From NCBI GenBank assembly GCA_002898715.1, contig BEIA01000001.1, forward strand, positions 1,994 through 65,993: a stretch of 64,000 bases of DNA. Direction: 5' to 3'. Below the pieces are notes generated by a model that worked only from the letters and a program-made list of their open reading frames with translations, did no database searches and was not told the DNA's origin. The stretch comes from a bacterium HR24 (GTDB lineage Bacteria > Chloroflexota > Dehalococcoidia > SM23-28-2 > HRBIN24). Positions 40,708 to 48,875 of this stretch are shown here, one piece after another. The translations under genes were made by a program, and so were the position numbers. Position 1 is the stretch's first letter. Each line of letters begins with the position of its first letter.

Positions 40708-41232
40708 CTAGCTGCCCGGCAGAATCAGGTCCGATACCAGCCATCGCTCTCCCTCCTTTACGATCTGCAGCACTACCAGCCTCTCCGCCTGCCTCGGCCC
40801 GCTCCATTCGCCCCCGGGAGCGCCCGGCACGGCCCGAGCCGTTGCTCGCACCGCCATCTCGGCCCTGCCCTCCCCCTGGCGCAGGTCCACCGTCTCCACC
40901 TTGAGGACGGTGACCGTCAGCCGGTAGACCGACAGCTCCGGCTCGGGCTGCCGCGAGAGGATGCGGGAACGGATGGGGTCGGTGGCCAGCTCCGCCGCCC
41001 TCCGCCGCCACGCCTCATAGTCGCCCTCGTAGGTGTAGTAGCGGCGCACGAACTCCTCTCCCACCTTCTGAGGGCTCCGGGTGACATCCTCCTCCGCGGC
41101 CTTCGCCAGGATGCCTCCCTCCTTGGCACCCCCCTCCCCGCCGTCGCCGCCGCAGCGCACGAATGGCAGGGCGATGGCCGCTATGCATACGGCGGCGAGG
41201 GCGAAGAAGGCGAGCTCCAGCCTGGGCCTCAT
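40708..41232 (-). CDS. Secreted/lipoprotein-like protein (TcpC/NTF2-like candidate)
   Basis: Signal peptide MRPRLELAFFALAAVCIAAIALP followed by Cys; size and position match TcpC-like T4SS proteins. Confidence 0.4.
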   Translation of the reverse strand: MRPRLELAFFALAAVCIAAIALPFVRCGGDGGEGGAKEGGILAKAAEEDVTRSPQKVGEEFVRRYYTYEGDYEAWRRRAAELATDPIRSRILSRQPEPELSVYRLTVTVLKVETVDLRQGEGRAEMAVRATARAVPGAPGGEWSGPRQAERLVVLQIVKEGERWLVSDLILPGS

Positions 41233-41235
41233 CCT

Positions 41236-42213
41236 CTACACCTCCAGGAAGAGCAGCGGGTCCACCGCCTTGCCGTCCACGATGACCCCCAGGTGCAGGT
41301 GGGGCCCGGTAGACTGGCCCGTGTTCCCCACGGCCCCGATGACCTCGCCCTGCTGCACGGCCTGCCCGGGCGCCACCCACGCTTCGGACAGGTGGCAGTA
41401 GACCGTCCTGACGTTCTCCCTGTGGGCGATGACGATGCCCAGGCCACAGATGCTGTCCATCGTCACCGCCTGCACCACTCCACCGGCCGCGGCATGCACA
41501 GGCGTTCCTATGGGTGCAGGAATGTCGATGCCGGTGTGGGGTGTCGGCCCTCTCGCCTCGTCCACCTGCCCGAAGTAGCTGGAGATGCCATAGTAGCCCG
41601 GGACGGGCCACTTGAGGCCCCCTTGCCACTCGCCGCCCAAGCCGTAGGTGGCGGCCACCACCAGGATGCGGTCCACATAGCTCCAGTCGTGGTTGTAGGC
41701 GTACAGGGCCTGGCGCTGCGCCTCCAGGTCGTCATTGCGCCACCCGTGGTCCAAGAGGAAGCGCGCCACCGCCGGCAGGCAGTCCCGGTAGTCGTAGGGG
41801 TCTGCCACCCCGTCGCCGTTCTCGTCGCGGCCGTAGGCGGCCCACGTGTCCGGCATGAACTGACAGTAGCCCACGGCTCCTGCCGATGACGGCCCCATGT
41901 TCTGGCCGAAGCTCGATTCCTCCCTGGCGATGGCTGCCAGCACCTGCCAGGGAATGCCGTACCGCTCCTCGACGGTGATCATCACCTCCAGGTGGTCGGG
42001 CGGCACTGCCAACCCCTGGGGCCCGAAGTAGCTGCCCGCCTGCACGACCACGATGCCCATGAAGGTGGCGAGGGCGCCCAACAGGGCCGCCACGGCAGCG
42101 CCCACCGCCAGCATCACCCCTACCTTCACTCCCAGGATGCCGGCAAGCAGGCGCGCCGCCTGGCCTATCTGCCAGGCCGTCCCTATCGGGTTGGCATCCT
42201 GCTCCCTTCTCAT
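41236..42213 (-). CDS. Bifunctional cell-wall hydrolase: lytic transglycosylase (SLT) + M23 peptidase (CwlT/TcpG-like)
   Basis: SLT motif AIAREESSFGQNMGPSSAGAVGYCQFMP; M23 motifs HTGIDIPAPIGTPVHAA and GAVGNTGQSTGPHLHLGV; N-terminal TM anchor. Confidence 0.85.
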   Translation of the reverse strand: MRREQDANPIGTAWQIGQAARLLAGILGVKVGVMLAVGAAVAALLGALATFMGIVVVQAGSYFGPQGLAVPPDHLEVMITVEERYGIPWQVLAAIAREESSFGQNMGPSSAGAVGYCQFMPDTWAAYGRDENGDGVADPYDYRDCLPAVARFLLDHGWRNDDLEAQRQALYAYNHDWSYVDRILVVAATYGLGGEWQGGLKWPVPGYYGISSYFGQVDEARGPTPHTGIDIPAPIGTPVHAAAGGVVQAVTMDSICGLGIVIAHRENVRTVYCHLSEAWVAPGQAVQQGEVIGAVGNTGQSTGPHLHLGVIVDGKAVDPLLFLEV

Positions 42214-42229
42214 TTCCTAGCTGCCCCTG

Positions 42230-43462
42230 CTAACTGCTCCCGCTATTTGTCCGTGTGAAGCTACGCACCAGGTTGACGGTGCTGATGACGGGAGACCAGC
42301 CGGGCTGCCAGTAGCCCACGGCGCGGCTCAGCAGGTCAGGCACCTTCAGAGCAGCCAGCATGACGGCGATGGCAGCCACTGCCGTCACGACGAGGGGTAC
42401 TGACACCCCTGCTGCCCCCTGGACGGGGATGTAGAGTAGCCCCAGGGTCCCCCCCGACTCCTGCCAGATGATGTTCACCAGCCGGAAGCCCAGCACGAGC
42501 GTCCACACCTGGAGCGCCTGCTGAAAGACGGTAGCCGGGAAAAGGTCTGCCCACAGGCTGCTCCACTTCCGGGTCTGGGGCAGGATCCAGAGCATGAAGG
42601 CGATGGGCCCTGTCACCAGCAGCAGGTCGAGGATGACGAAGCGCATGAATAGCTGGCCGGCAAGGAATACCCCCAGTACCAGCATCACGATCCAGAAGAT
42701 GATCATGGGGACGACCCCAAGGGAGTTGAGCAGCTCCATCCCCGTGTTCTTCAGCTCGTCAGGGTGGATGACGGCCCGCACTAAGACGTTGTTGACGTCC
42801 ACGAGGAAGGTGGCAAGCCATGGGAACACGGCGATAAGGGCGATGGCCGCCGTTGCCCTAGGTAGCAGCTCTCCCACCTCATGGTAGGGGCTGGCTATGT
42901 GGCGGTTGGTCATGATGGCCACGCCGCCCCACATGAGGATGACGGCCAGGAGGCCGAGTGCTATCGCACGGGTGACCTGCATCATGTCCTGGACGAACGG
43001 GGCATGCACCGTGACCTCCTTGCCGGTGTTGCCCAGGAGGTCGTTAAAGGTAAACTCCACCAGCGCCACGAATGGCGCGAATATGAGCTTTATGAACCCC
43101 ACAAACACGTCCAGGAAGCACTTGGGCAGGTCGCCGAAGCACTCGCCCACCTTGCTGATGGTGCTGCCGATGCCGGTGAAAAAGCCCACGATGCCTCCCT
43201 CGCCCACCGGCCCCGGCGCATAGTAATAAGGAGGGCGCTGCTGGGGGGTCTCCTGGCCCGTTGGCGGCTCCGCCCCGCTCTCACCCTGGTCCTGCTGGGC
43301 CGCGGAGGGTGGGGGAGCATCGGCCCAGGCCCTAGCCGGCAGGCCCAGGCCGATGCTCCCCAGGGCAAGGAGCAACACCGCTACTGTCAGGAGTCGTGCC
43401 GCCGTCGTAGCTCGCAACATGCTCTCGCCTCGCTGCACGCCTCCCAGGGTAATGAGGCCCAT
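42230..43462 (-). CDS. Polytopic membrane protein (VirB6/TrbL-like channel component candidate)
   Basis: Signal/TM N-terminus then at least 6 hydrophobic helices (IIFWIVMLVLGVFLAGQLF, ILDLLLVTGPIAFMLWIL...); first gene of the minus-strand T4SS block; alternative start at MLRATTA (43420). Confidence 0.5.
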   Translation of the reverse strand: MGLITLGGVQRGESMLRATTAARLLTVAVLLLALGSIGLGLPARAWADAPPPSAAQQDQGESGAEPPTGQETPQQRPPYYYAPGPVGEGGIVGFFTGIGSTISKVGECFGDLPKCFLDVFVGFIKLIFAPFVALVEFTFNDLLGNTGKEVTVHAPFVQDMMQVTRAIALGLLAVILMWGGVAIMTNRHIASPYHEVGELLPRATAAIALIAVFPWLATFLVDVNNVLVRAVIHPDELKNTGMELLNSLGVVPMIIFWIVMLVLGVFLAGQLFMRFVILDLLLVTGPIAFMLWILPQTRKWSSLWADLFPATVFQQALQVWTLVLGFRLVNIIWQESGGTLGLLYIPVQGAAGVSVPLVVTAVAAIAVMLAALKVPDLLSRAVGYWQPGWSPVISTVNLVRSFTRTNSGSS

Positions 43463-43472
43463 GGTCTCCAGA

Positions 43473-43703
43473 GGGTCAAAGTGGCCTTCTTCGTGGTCTT
43501 GCCGGGGTCAAAATGGGCAGTTTCGGGGTCGTCTTAGGGTCAGATGGCGTAGTGTTGGCTAACCTAGTCGGGGTGGGCTATAGAGAGCTAGCGATACCTA
43601 TCTTGACCCTCAGGAGACCCTGGGAGGCGCCGATTTGACCCCCTGGAGACCCTGGAGAGGCGCGATTTGACCCTCTGGAGACCCTGGGGAGGCGTAGAAT
43701 GGG
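43473..43703. repeat. TTTGACCC-box array: inverted boxes (43473-43547) plus three ~35-bp tandem repeats (43603-43703); putative parC-like centromere or operator
   Basis: GGGTCAAAGTGG, GGGGTCAAAATGGG, GGGTCAGATGG (reverse orientation), then TTGACCCTCAGGAGACCCTGGGAGGCGCCGAT / TTGACCCCCTGGAGACCCTGGAGAGGCGCGAT / TTGACCCTCTGGAGACCCTGGGGAGGCGTAGA in tandem; lies downstream of parR. Confidence 0.55.
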
Positions 43704-43739
43704 GGAAGGGGGATGTCTCCACTGCTGCCGGGAGGATGC

Positions 43740-43979
43740 TTATAGGTCGTCATCCTCGCCGGCGATGTAGTCGAGCCACTCGTCCTGCCGATCGTCCTGG
43801 CACTGCTGTAGGTTCTGCCTCTCCAGCTCCGCATAGCTTGAGCGCAGCAGCTCCCGTATGAGGCTTGCTCGCTTCCCCCTCGGCGTCCTTGCCAACAGCT
43901 CCAGGAAGGTGCCATCTATGTCCGGGTCAAGGGTCACCCGCAGGCTGATGTGCACCCTCCTGGACCGTCGCCTGGGCAT
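43740..43979 (-). CDS. Ribbon-helix-helix (CopG/Arc/ParR-like) DNA-binding protein
   Basis: Start MPRRRSRRVHISLRVTLDPDIDGTFLELLARTPRGKRASLIREL is an RHH beta-strand plus helices; acidic C-terminal tail; directly downstream of the parM-like gene (ParR position). Confidence 0.55.
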   Translation of the reverse strand: MPRRRSRRVHISLRVTLDPDIDGTFLELLARTPRGKRASLIRELLRSSYAELERQNLQQCQDDRQDEWLDYIAGEDDDL

Positions 43980-45000
43980 CGGCCCCCTCCTCCTGCCTGT
44001 GCTCGAAATCGTCCTTCTGGGCCTGCTGCCTGGCAAGTAGGGCTGCACCTAGCTTCTGCAGACCGCGAGCGCCCGCTGCTATAGGATCCGTGGGGATGTG
44101 CACGTCACAGCGGACCGCCCTGCGCAGCTGGTCCAGTAGGCCCCTTTCCCGCAGCAGAGCCACGCCGCCGCCCGCCATGATGGTGAGGCTAGGACGTATG
44201 CCTGCCCAGCGTCTCCGGATGAAGCTGGCCACCTCGCTTGCCCATCTCGTGACTATCTCTTCACCCACAGTCAGCGTTCCTTCAGTGTATCGTCGCAGCA
44301 GCTCGTGGTAAGGCAGGTCCTGGTCGCCAGCTGCCTGTTCCAGCAGGAGCCGTACTCCCAGATCTGCACCCGCCATCATTCCCAAGTGGGCCTGCCCTCC
44401 TTCTATGCCCAGCAAATCGACAGTATTGAAGCCTATGTCGACAATGCCCACCAATGCTTTACGTGCTCCCGTAAGCAAGGAGCCGTCCGGCGTCACTGCC
44501 CAGTCCGCCCATACTCCCAGGGGCTGTGCCCTTATCCAGACTCGCTTGATGTCCAGGGTCATGGGGATGCCATCCACTTCGACGGTATGACAGCCTAGCA
44601 GGCGCTGTCGCGCTGCCCTTGTCACGTTCTCACTTCGGCCGCTCCCCTCGAGAACTGACACCGGTAGCCCTACCATGAGGCCGACCTGTCCCCCTTGGCC
44701 ACCAAGCGCCTTTGCCAGTGCACCGAGCATAAGTGCAATCGTCGGTGAGGTGACGAAGCGCATATCGTCGATGCTCTCGTAGGCGATGCCCCGCAGGGGG
44801 GCACCGCTTCCCACTGCGTACTCCTGGCCCTGCATCCGCACGATGGTGGCCTTGGCAACTCGCAGGCCGCTGGCAGCGAGTCCCACCCTACGCGGCGCGG
44901 CTACCAGGCTAGGCATGACTACGACGGACCTCTCAGTCGCCACCTTCACGTTGCCGAACCCGGGATCGAGTCCTACTGCCTGGAGCTTCACTGTCCTCAC
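43927..45000 (-). CDS. parM: ParM/StbA-family actin-like segregation ATPase
   Basis: N-terminal phosphate-1 motif VGLDPGFGNVKVA, later GIVDIGFNTVD (phosphate-2/adenosine motif), ~350 aa ASKHA fold; flanked by repeat arrays. Confidence 0.75.
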   Translation of the reverse strand: MRTVKLQAVGLDPGFGNVKVATERSVVVMPSLVAAPRRVGLAASGLRVAKATIVRMQGQEYAVGSGAPLRGIAYESIDDMRFVTSPTIALMLGALAKALGGQGGQVGLMVGLPVSVLEGSGRSENVTRAARQRLLGCHTVEVDGIPMTLDIKRVWIRAQPLGVWADWAVTPDGSLLTGARKALVGIVDIGFNTVDLLGIEGGQAHLGMMAGADLGVRLLLEQAAGDQDLPYHELLRRYTEGTLTVGEEIVTRWASEVASFIRRRWAGIRPSLTIMAGGGVALLRERGLLDQLRRAVRCDVHIPTDPIAAGARGLQKLGAALLARQQAQKDDFEHRQEEGADAQATVQEGAHQPAGDP

Positions 45001-45185
45001 CCCGTTTCATGTTACACGATTCGACCTCCTACGAAATATGTTACACGTTTGGCTCTGCTGCGGGAGACGCTACATGCAAGACATGACTCTCATCATCGCA
45101 CCATGCTCCCCCTGGTGCCCATTGCCTTCCTCACCAACTGCGCTCGGGAGGCCCCTACCGTTACCGCCCATTACGTCGTGCAGGC

Positions 45186-45465
45186 TACTGACTACTCGGT
45201 TTGACCCTGAAGGCGTAGATGTGACAGAGGAGAAAGAGGGAGATGGTAGGCGCGTGAGCAGATTGTACCACCTGCACTTTGGCTCCTGGCATGCCACCGG
45301 TTCTAGTCTTCTGTAGATGACTCCCAGATAGGACCTAGGGCGTGCCGCTTTATGGCTACCGACTACTCGTTTTGACCCTGAAGGCATAGCCGTGACACGT
45401 AAGCAAATGGGAGATAGCATGAGCAAGGGGAGATTGTACCATTGCCACTTGCCGTGTGCTGCCCT
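45186..45465. repeat. Two ~110-bp imperfect direct repeats upstream of parM (TTTGACCCTGAAGGC-containing; putative parC/promoter)
   Basis: Copy 1 ~45186-45300 and copy 2 ~45356-45465 share GACTACTCG(G/T)TTTGACCCTGAAGGC(G/A)TAG...GTGACA...GGGAGAT...GAGATTGTACCA...CTTG; a third TTTTGACCCTGAAATGACCCTGACATGAC box lies at ~45555. Confidence 0.6.
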
Positions 45466-46177
45466 CATACCCTGTCCGTAGCGTTAAGCTCATGCCAAAT
45501 AGGGGCCTCGGCCCTGCTCGTCCGGCCGCCTTAATTAAGTGAGCGCCCAATGTTTTGACCCTGAAATGACCCTGACATGACTATACCTCCCCCCAAAATC
45601 CCCCCGTCATTGCACCCGCGTGCTGCCATGACCACACCCGTGCCCATCATCACCTGTGCACCCGTTGGGGTATCGTCTTCCATGCTTTCCCTCTCGCCCA
45701 CATCGCCACCGGATCTCCTTCACCCGGCTACCGGTTCTCTCCTTCTCTCACCCACCGTCCCCTTCCACCGGTATGCCGTGTTCTTTGGGCTCGCGCATGC
45801 GATGTCGCAGCGGTCTGTGTCCCCATGTGCACCGTCGCGTGCCACAAGGCATGCGGGGGCAGGGACCGGCGGGTCCCAGCGCTTACCCACCACATCTCTC
45901 TGCGGGGGCATGCAGGTGCCCGATTGGGAGCGCATACAGACTCCCCTCACCTGGAGTACCCGAGGGGGTGCTATGGGAGGATAGGTAGGCGCGATCTGCT
46001 GTGAGGTCTGCCCGTTTTCAGATAGACAGGTGGCTATGGGCCGTGCTACCCAGGGGGCTTCCGTCCCATACCGCGGGACCTGTCCCCGTACAGGCCACGG
46101 CGGGACGACCTGCCGGGTGCGGGAGACGCCTCTGTTTGAGCCACCTGATGACTCGGGCCACTCGCCTGTGGGGACCT

Positions 46178-46606
46178 TCAGGCATGGGGGCCTTCCTGGC
46201 AGGCGTTCCCCATGAGGGCGCGGGCGCACCTGCACCGGTGAGCGCCGTCATCGGCGCCTGCCGGCGCGTGCAGGGCAAGCCGATGCCCCGGCGCGGCGCC
46301 TGCCCTAGCCAGCGTCCCGGCTGGCAGCTCCAGGGCGATGCGGGCATGGGGGCCTCCCATCACCATGCGGAACGGCGGGACGGCACTTGCCGTCTTGAGC
46401 ACCAGCCCGGTGCGGTCCAGGAAGGCGACATCGAGGGGGAAGCGCATGAAGAAGGTATGGATGGCAGAGCAGGGGGCTAGAAGGAGGCCCTCGCCCGGGT
46501 CCAGGCATCTGCGGCCCAGGAGGCCCACGAGCCTCCTCCACCAGGTGCAGGCACAGGCAAGGCGGTAGGCAAGGATGCTGCCGGTCGTGAGGTCTACCAC
46601 CTGCAT
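46178..46606 (-). CDS. DUF192-family protein
   Basis: MQVVDLTTGSILAYRLACACTWWRRLVGLLGRRCLDPGEGLLLAPCSAIHTFFMRFPLDVAFLDRTGLVL...ALELPAGT follows the DUF192/COG1430 pattern. Confidence 0.5.
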   Translation of the reverse strand: MQVVDLTTGSILAYRLACACTWWRRLVGLLGRRCLDPGEGLLLAPCSAIHTFFMRFPLDVAFLDRTGLVLKTASAVPPFRMVMGGPHARIALELPAGTLARAGAAPGHRLALHAPAGADDGAHRCRCARALMGNACQEGPHA

Positions 46607-47391
46607 CCTATAACCATGATAGGACGGGTGGATAGGGGCATCCCCGCCGTGTGCCTGCCCTCCCTTCGGGGAGCATCTCATCTCGTCGACCGTGCGCCGT
46701 GGCTGCCGGTGCACCGCCGGGGTGGTGGGGGCAGCCTCAGGGGTGGCGGATACACAGTCGGGTATGCCGGCGCTGCCGTCGGGAGCCTCGCTTCTGGGAG
46801 GGGCCTACCTAAGCGAGGGGCTGCAGCACAAATTGACCCCAAGCCGACCCTGGAGGGGTGGACGAGGGATAGGTGAGAATGTGAGATCATGGTTGGAGCG
46901 GTGATATCCTCGGGCGATGGATGCCTTGGAGTGCCTTAAGGTGACAGTATCCGCCCCTGAAGGTGTTGACAACCCTAGAGGGAGGCGCTAGCGTTAGCGG
47001 TTGCGAAGAGTGGTGTGATAGCCCCCAAGAGGGGGCACCTCGCCTCATGGGCGAGGCTCCGCCACCCCCGGCGGCGGCGTGAAGCCTATCCCCCTACAAG
47101 GGGCTCTGGGCTGAAGTGGCCGGGGAAGCGGACTGGGCCCTGTCGTGATGGGCCTTGGTCCGCACAGGAGGTAGCCTCCAGGAAGCGGGAGGAGGCACCT
47201 CCAGAGTGCCGTCGGCGCTCCGGTTGGGGACCGACGGCTGCGGGCAGTAGGAAAAAGCCCCCTCAGCAGGGGGGCCAACCCCAGGATTGAACGGGTTGGC
47301 GTCCCTGCCGAGGGGGTTATTGTCGTTTGACAGCCCCCTCGTCGGGTAGGGTGGCAGCATCCTGCCCCATCAGGGGGCTGTCGACCCCCAG

Positions 47392-47435
47392 GCCCCAGGA
47401 GGATGGCCCCACCTCCTGGGGCTTTTGTATTTGGG
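47392..47435 (+). terminator. Intrinsic terminator-like hairpin
   Basis: Perfect 10-bp stem CCCCAGGAGG / CCTCCTGGGG with 9-nt loop, followed by CTTTTGTATTTGGGG; a near-identical copy lies at 48832. Confidence 0.5.
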
Positions 47436-47495
47436 GCCCTCCGTCGGAGCTGGCCCGGCCGGCGGTGCAAAACCAAAAGGGCTGGAGGTGAACGT

Positions 47496-48242
47496 ATGCG
47501 ACGGTGGGTGTTGTTCTTCCTCCTGGGGGGCATCCCGGGGCTCCTCCTGGCACTCCTGCTGGGGGCTGCTCCCATGCCTCCCATTTTGCGGCGCCTCCTC
47601 CTGGTGGGGGGCGCCGGCCTGCTGGGGGCCCTCTTCCTGGGGGCCATAGCAGGCAACTTGGGGCTCCGGGCGACGGGGCCCGAGGACCCCACTCCCGCAT
47701 TCGCGGCTGCGGGCGCGGTGGCCGTGGCGGGCGCAGCCGTCACCCTGGCAGTCGTGGCCGCCATGGCCGTCCGGGCTGCCCGCCGGCCCGGACGGCCCGC
47801 TCAGGCCGCCCCGACCACCCCGACCGCCGCGGCCGCCACAGGGAGCGAGGGCACCCAGGGCAGCCCCGCTCCCGCCGTGGCCGTGCACGGCGCCGCCCCG
47901 GAGGAGGCGGCCCGGCTGGAGGCCCTGCTGCGGCCGGTCTCGTCCCTCCTGGGCCGGCCCCTGGTGGTGGTCATCACGCCAGGGAGGCCCCGCGGGTGGC
48001 GGCTGGAGGGGGGCGTCCTCCTCCAGGTCCCCCGCCCCCAGGAGCGGCTCCTGCTAGCCGCCCTGGAGGATGCCCTCCTGGGCAGCGGCAGCCCAGGCGC
48101 CCCTCGACGGGAGCGGCCGTCGCGGCGTGCCCCTGAGGCCGACGTGGCCACAGCATCCCGCCGGCCGCGGCCCGAGGACATCGCCGCCGCTGTGGGAGGC
48201 GCCACACCGGAGGGGAATGGTCCAATGAATGGAGGTGTATAA
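47496..48242 (+). CDS. Membrane protein, paralog A (Ala/Gly-rich TM helices + Pro/Arg-rich C-terminus)
   Basis: MRRWVLFFLLGGIPGLLLALLLGA... ; about 85% identical at the protein level to the product of 59106-59822; start chosen at the ATG preceded by GGAGGTGAACGT. Confidence 0.55.
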   Translation: MRRWVLFFLLGGIPGLLLALLLGAAPMPPILRRLLLVGGAGLLGALFLGAIAGNLGLRATGPEDPTPAFAAAGAVAVAGAAVTLAVVAAMAVRAARRPGRPAQAAPTTPTAAAATGSEGTQGSPAPAVAVHGAAPEEAARLEALLRPVSSLLGRPLVVVITPGRPRGWRLEGGVLLQVPRPQERLLLAALEDALLGSGSPGAPRRERPSRRAPEADVATASRRPRPEDIAAAVGGATPEGNGPMNGGV

Positions 48243-48469
48243 TGATGCTGGCGATGGTCAGTCGAGAGCTGAAGGAAGCGTTTCGAGCTGCAACGCGCCT
48301 GCCTCCGGAGGCACAGAGGGAGCTTGCCGCCTTGATCATGGAAGAGATTGCCGACGAAGAGCGATGGGCTGCCCTGTTTGCCGATCCTCGCAGTGAGCCA
48401 CTCATTGCGCGCCTTGCGGCTGAGGCGGTGGCAGAGGATGATGCAGGCCTCACCGAGCCCTGCGATTGA
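48242..48469 (+). CDS. Putative antitoxin (small acidic protein)
   Basis: 75 aa; ATGA overlap with the downstream RelE/ParE-like gene; acidic C-terminus. Confidence 0.45.
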   Translation: MMLAMVSRELKEAFRAATRLPPEAQRELAALIMEEIADEERWAALFADPRSEPLIARLAAEAVAEDDAGLTEPCD

Positions 48470-48738
48470 GGTCCAGGACAACTCGCTCGTTTAGACAGCA
48501 GTTGGAGGCCCTGCCACCGCACATCCGACGTCAGGCGCGCAAGGCGTATGAACTCTTCCGTGCCAATCCTTCGCACCCCAGCCTCCACTTCAAGCACGTT
48601 ATCGCTAATGTCTACTCAGTCCGCATCACACGAGGATACCGGGCGCTCGGCGTGAAGCGGGGGGATAGCATAGTCTGGTTCTGGATTGGCAGCCACGACG
48701 AGTATGAGCGCATGTTGAGGGCAGAGCCTGGGATCTAG
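48466..48738 (+). CDS. RelE/ParE-superfamily type II toxin
   Basis: 90 aa; core VYSVRITRGYRALGVKRGDSIVWFWIGSHDEYERML matches the RelE/ParE pattern (YR(I/V)..R.GDYRiiY.....i.il.IGHR.e.Y). Confidence 0.55.
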   Translation: MRSRTTRSFRQQLEALPPHIRRQARKAYELFRANPSHPSLHFKHVIANVYSVRITRGYRALGVKRGDSIVWFWIGSHDEYERMLRAEPGI

Positions 48739-48831
48739 CCTAACGACCGGTACTGAGGAGTCTCACCCCCCCAGCGCCCTTCGTGACGGGAGGGCGCCGG
48801 AGAGGGGGTGAGAGATTCATATGTCCCCAAG

Positions 48832-48875
48832 CCCCAGGAGGATGGCCCCACCTCCCGGGGCTTTTGTATTTGGGG
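48832..48875 (+). terminator. Intrinsic terminator-like hairpin (second copy)
   Basis: CCCCAGGAGG-ATGGCCCCA-CCTCCCGGGG followed by CTTTTGTATTTGGGG; ~95 nt after the toxin stop. Confidence 0.45.

Noticed and set aside
47045-47764. 239-aa minus-strand Pro/Arg-rich ORF
   Set aside because: Low-complexity composition, and it overlaps the conserved terminator hairpin and the start of the plus-strand membrane gene. The region is more plausibly non-coding RNA.
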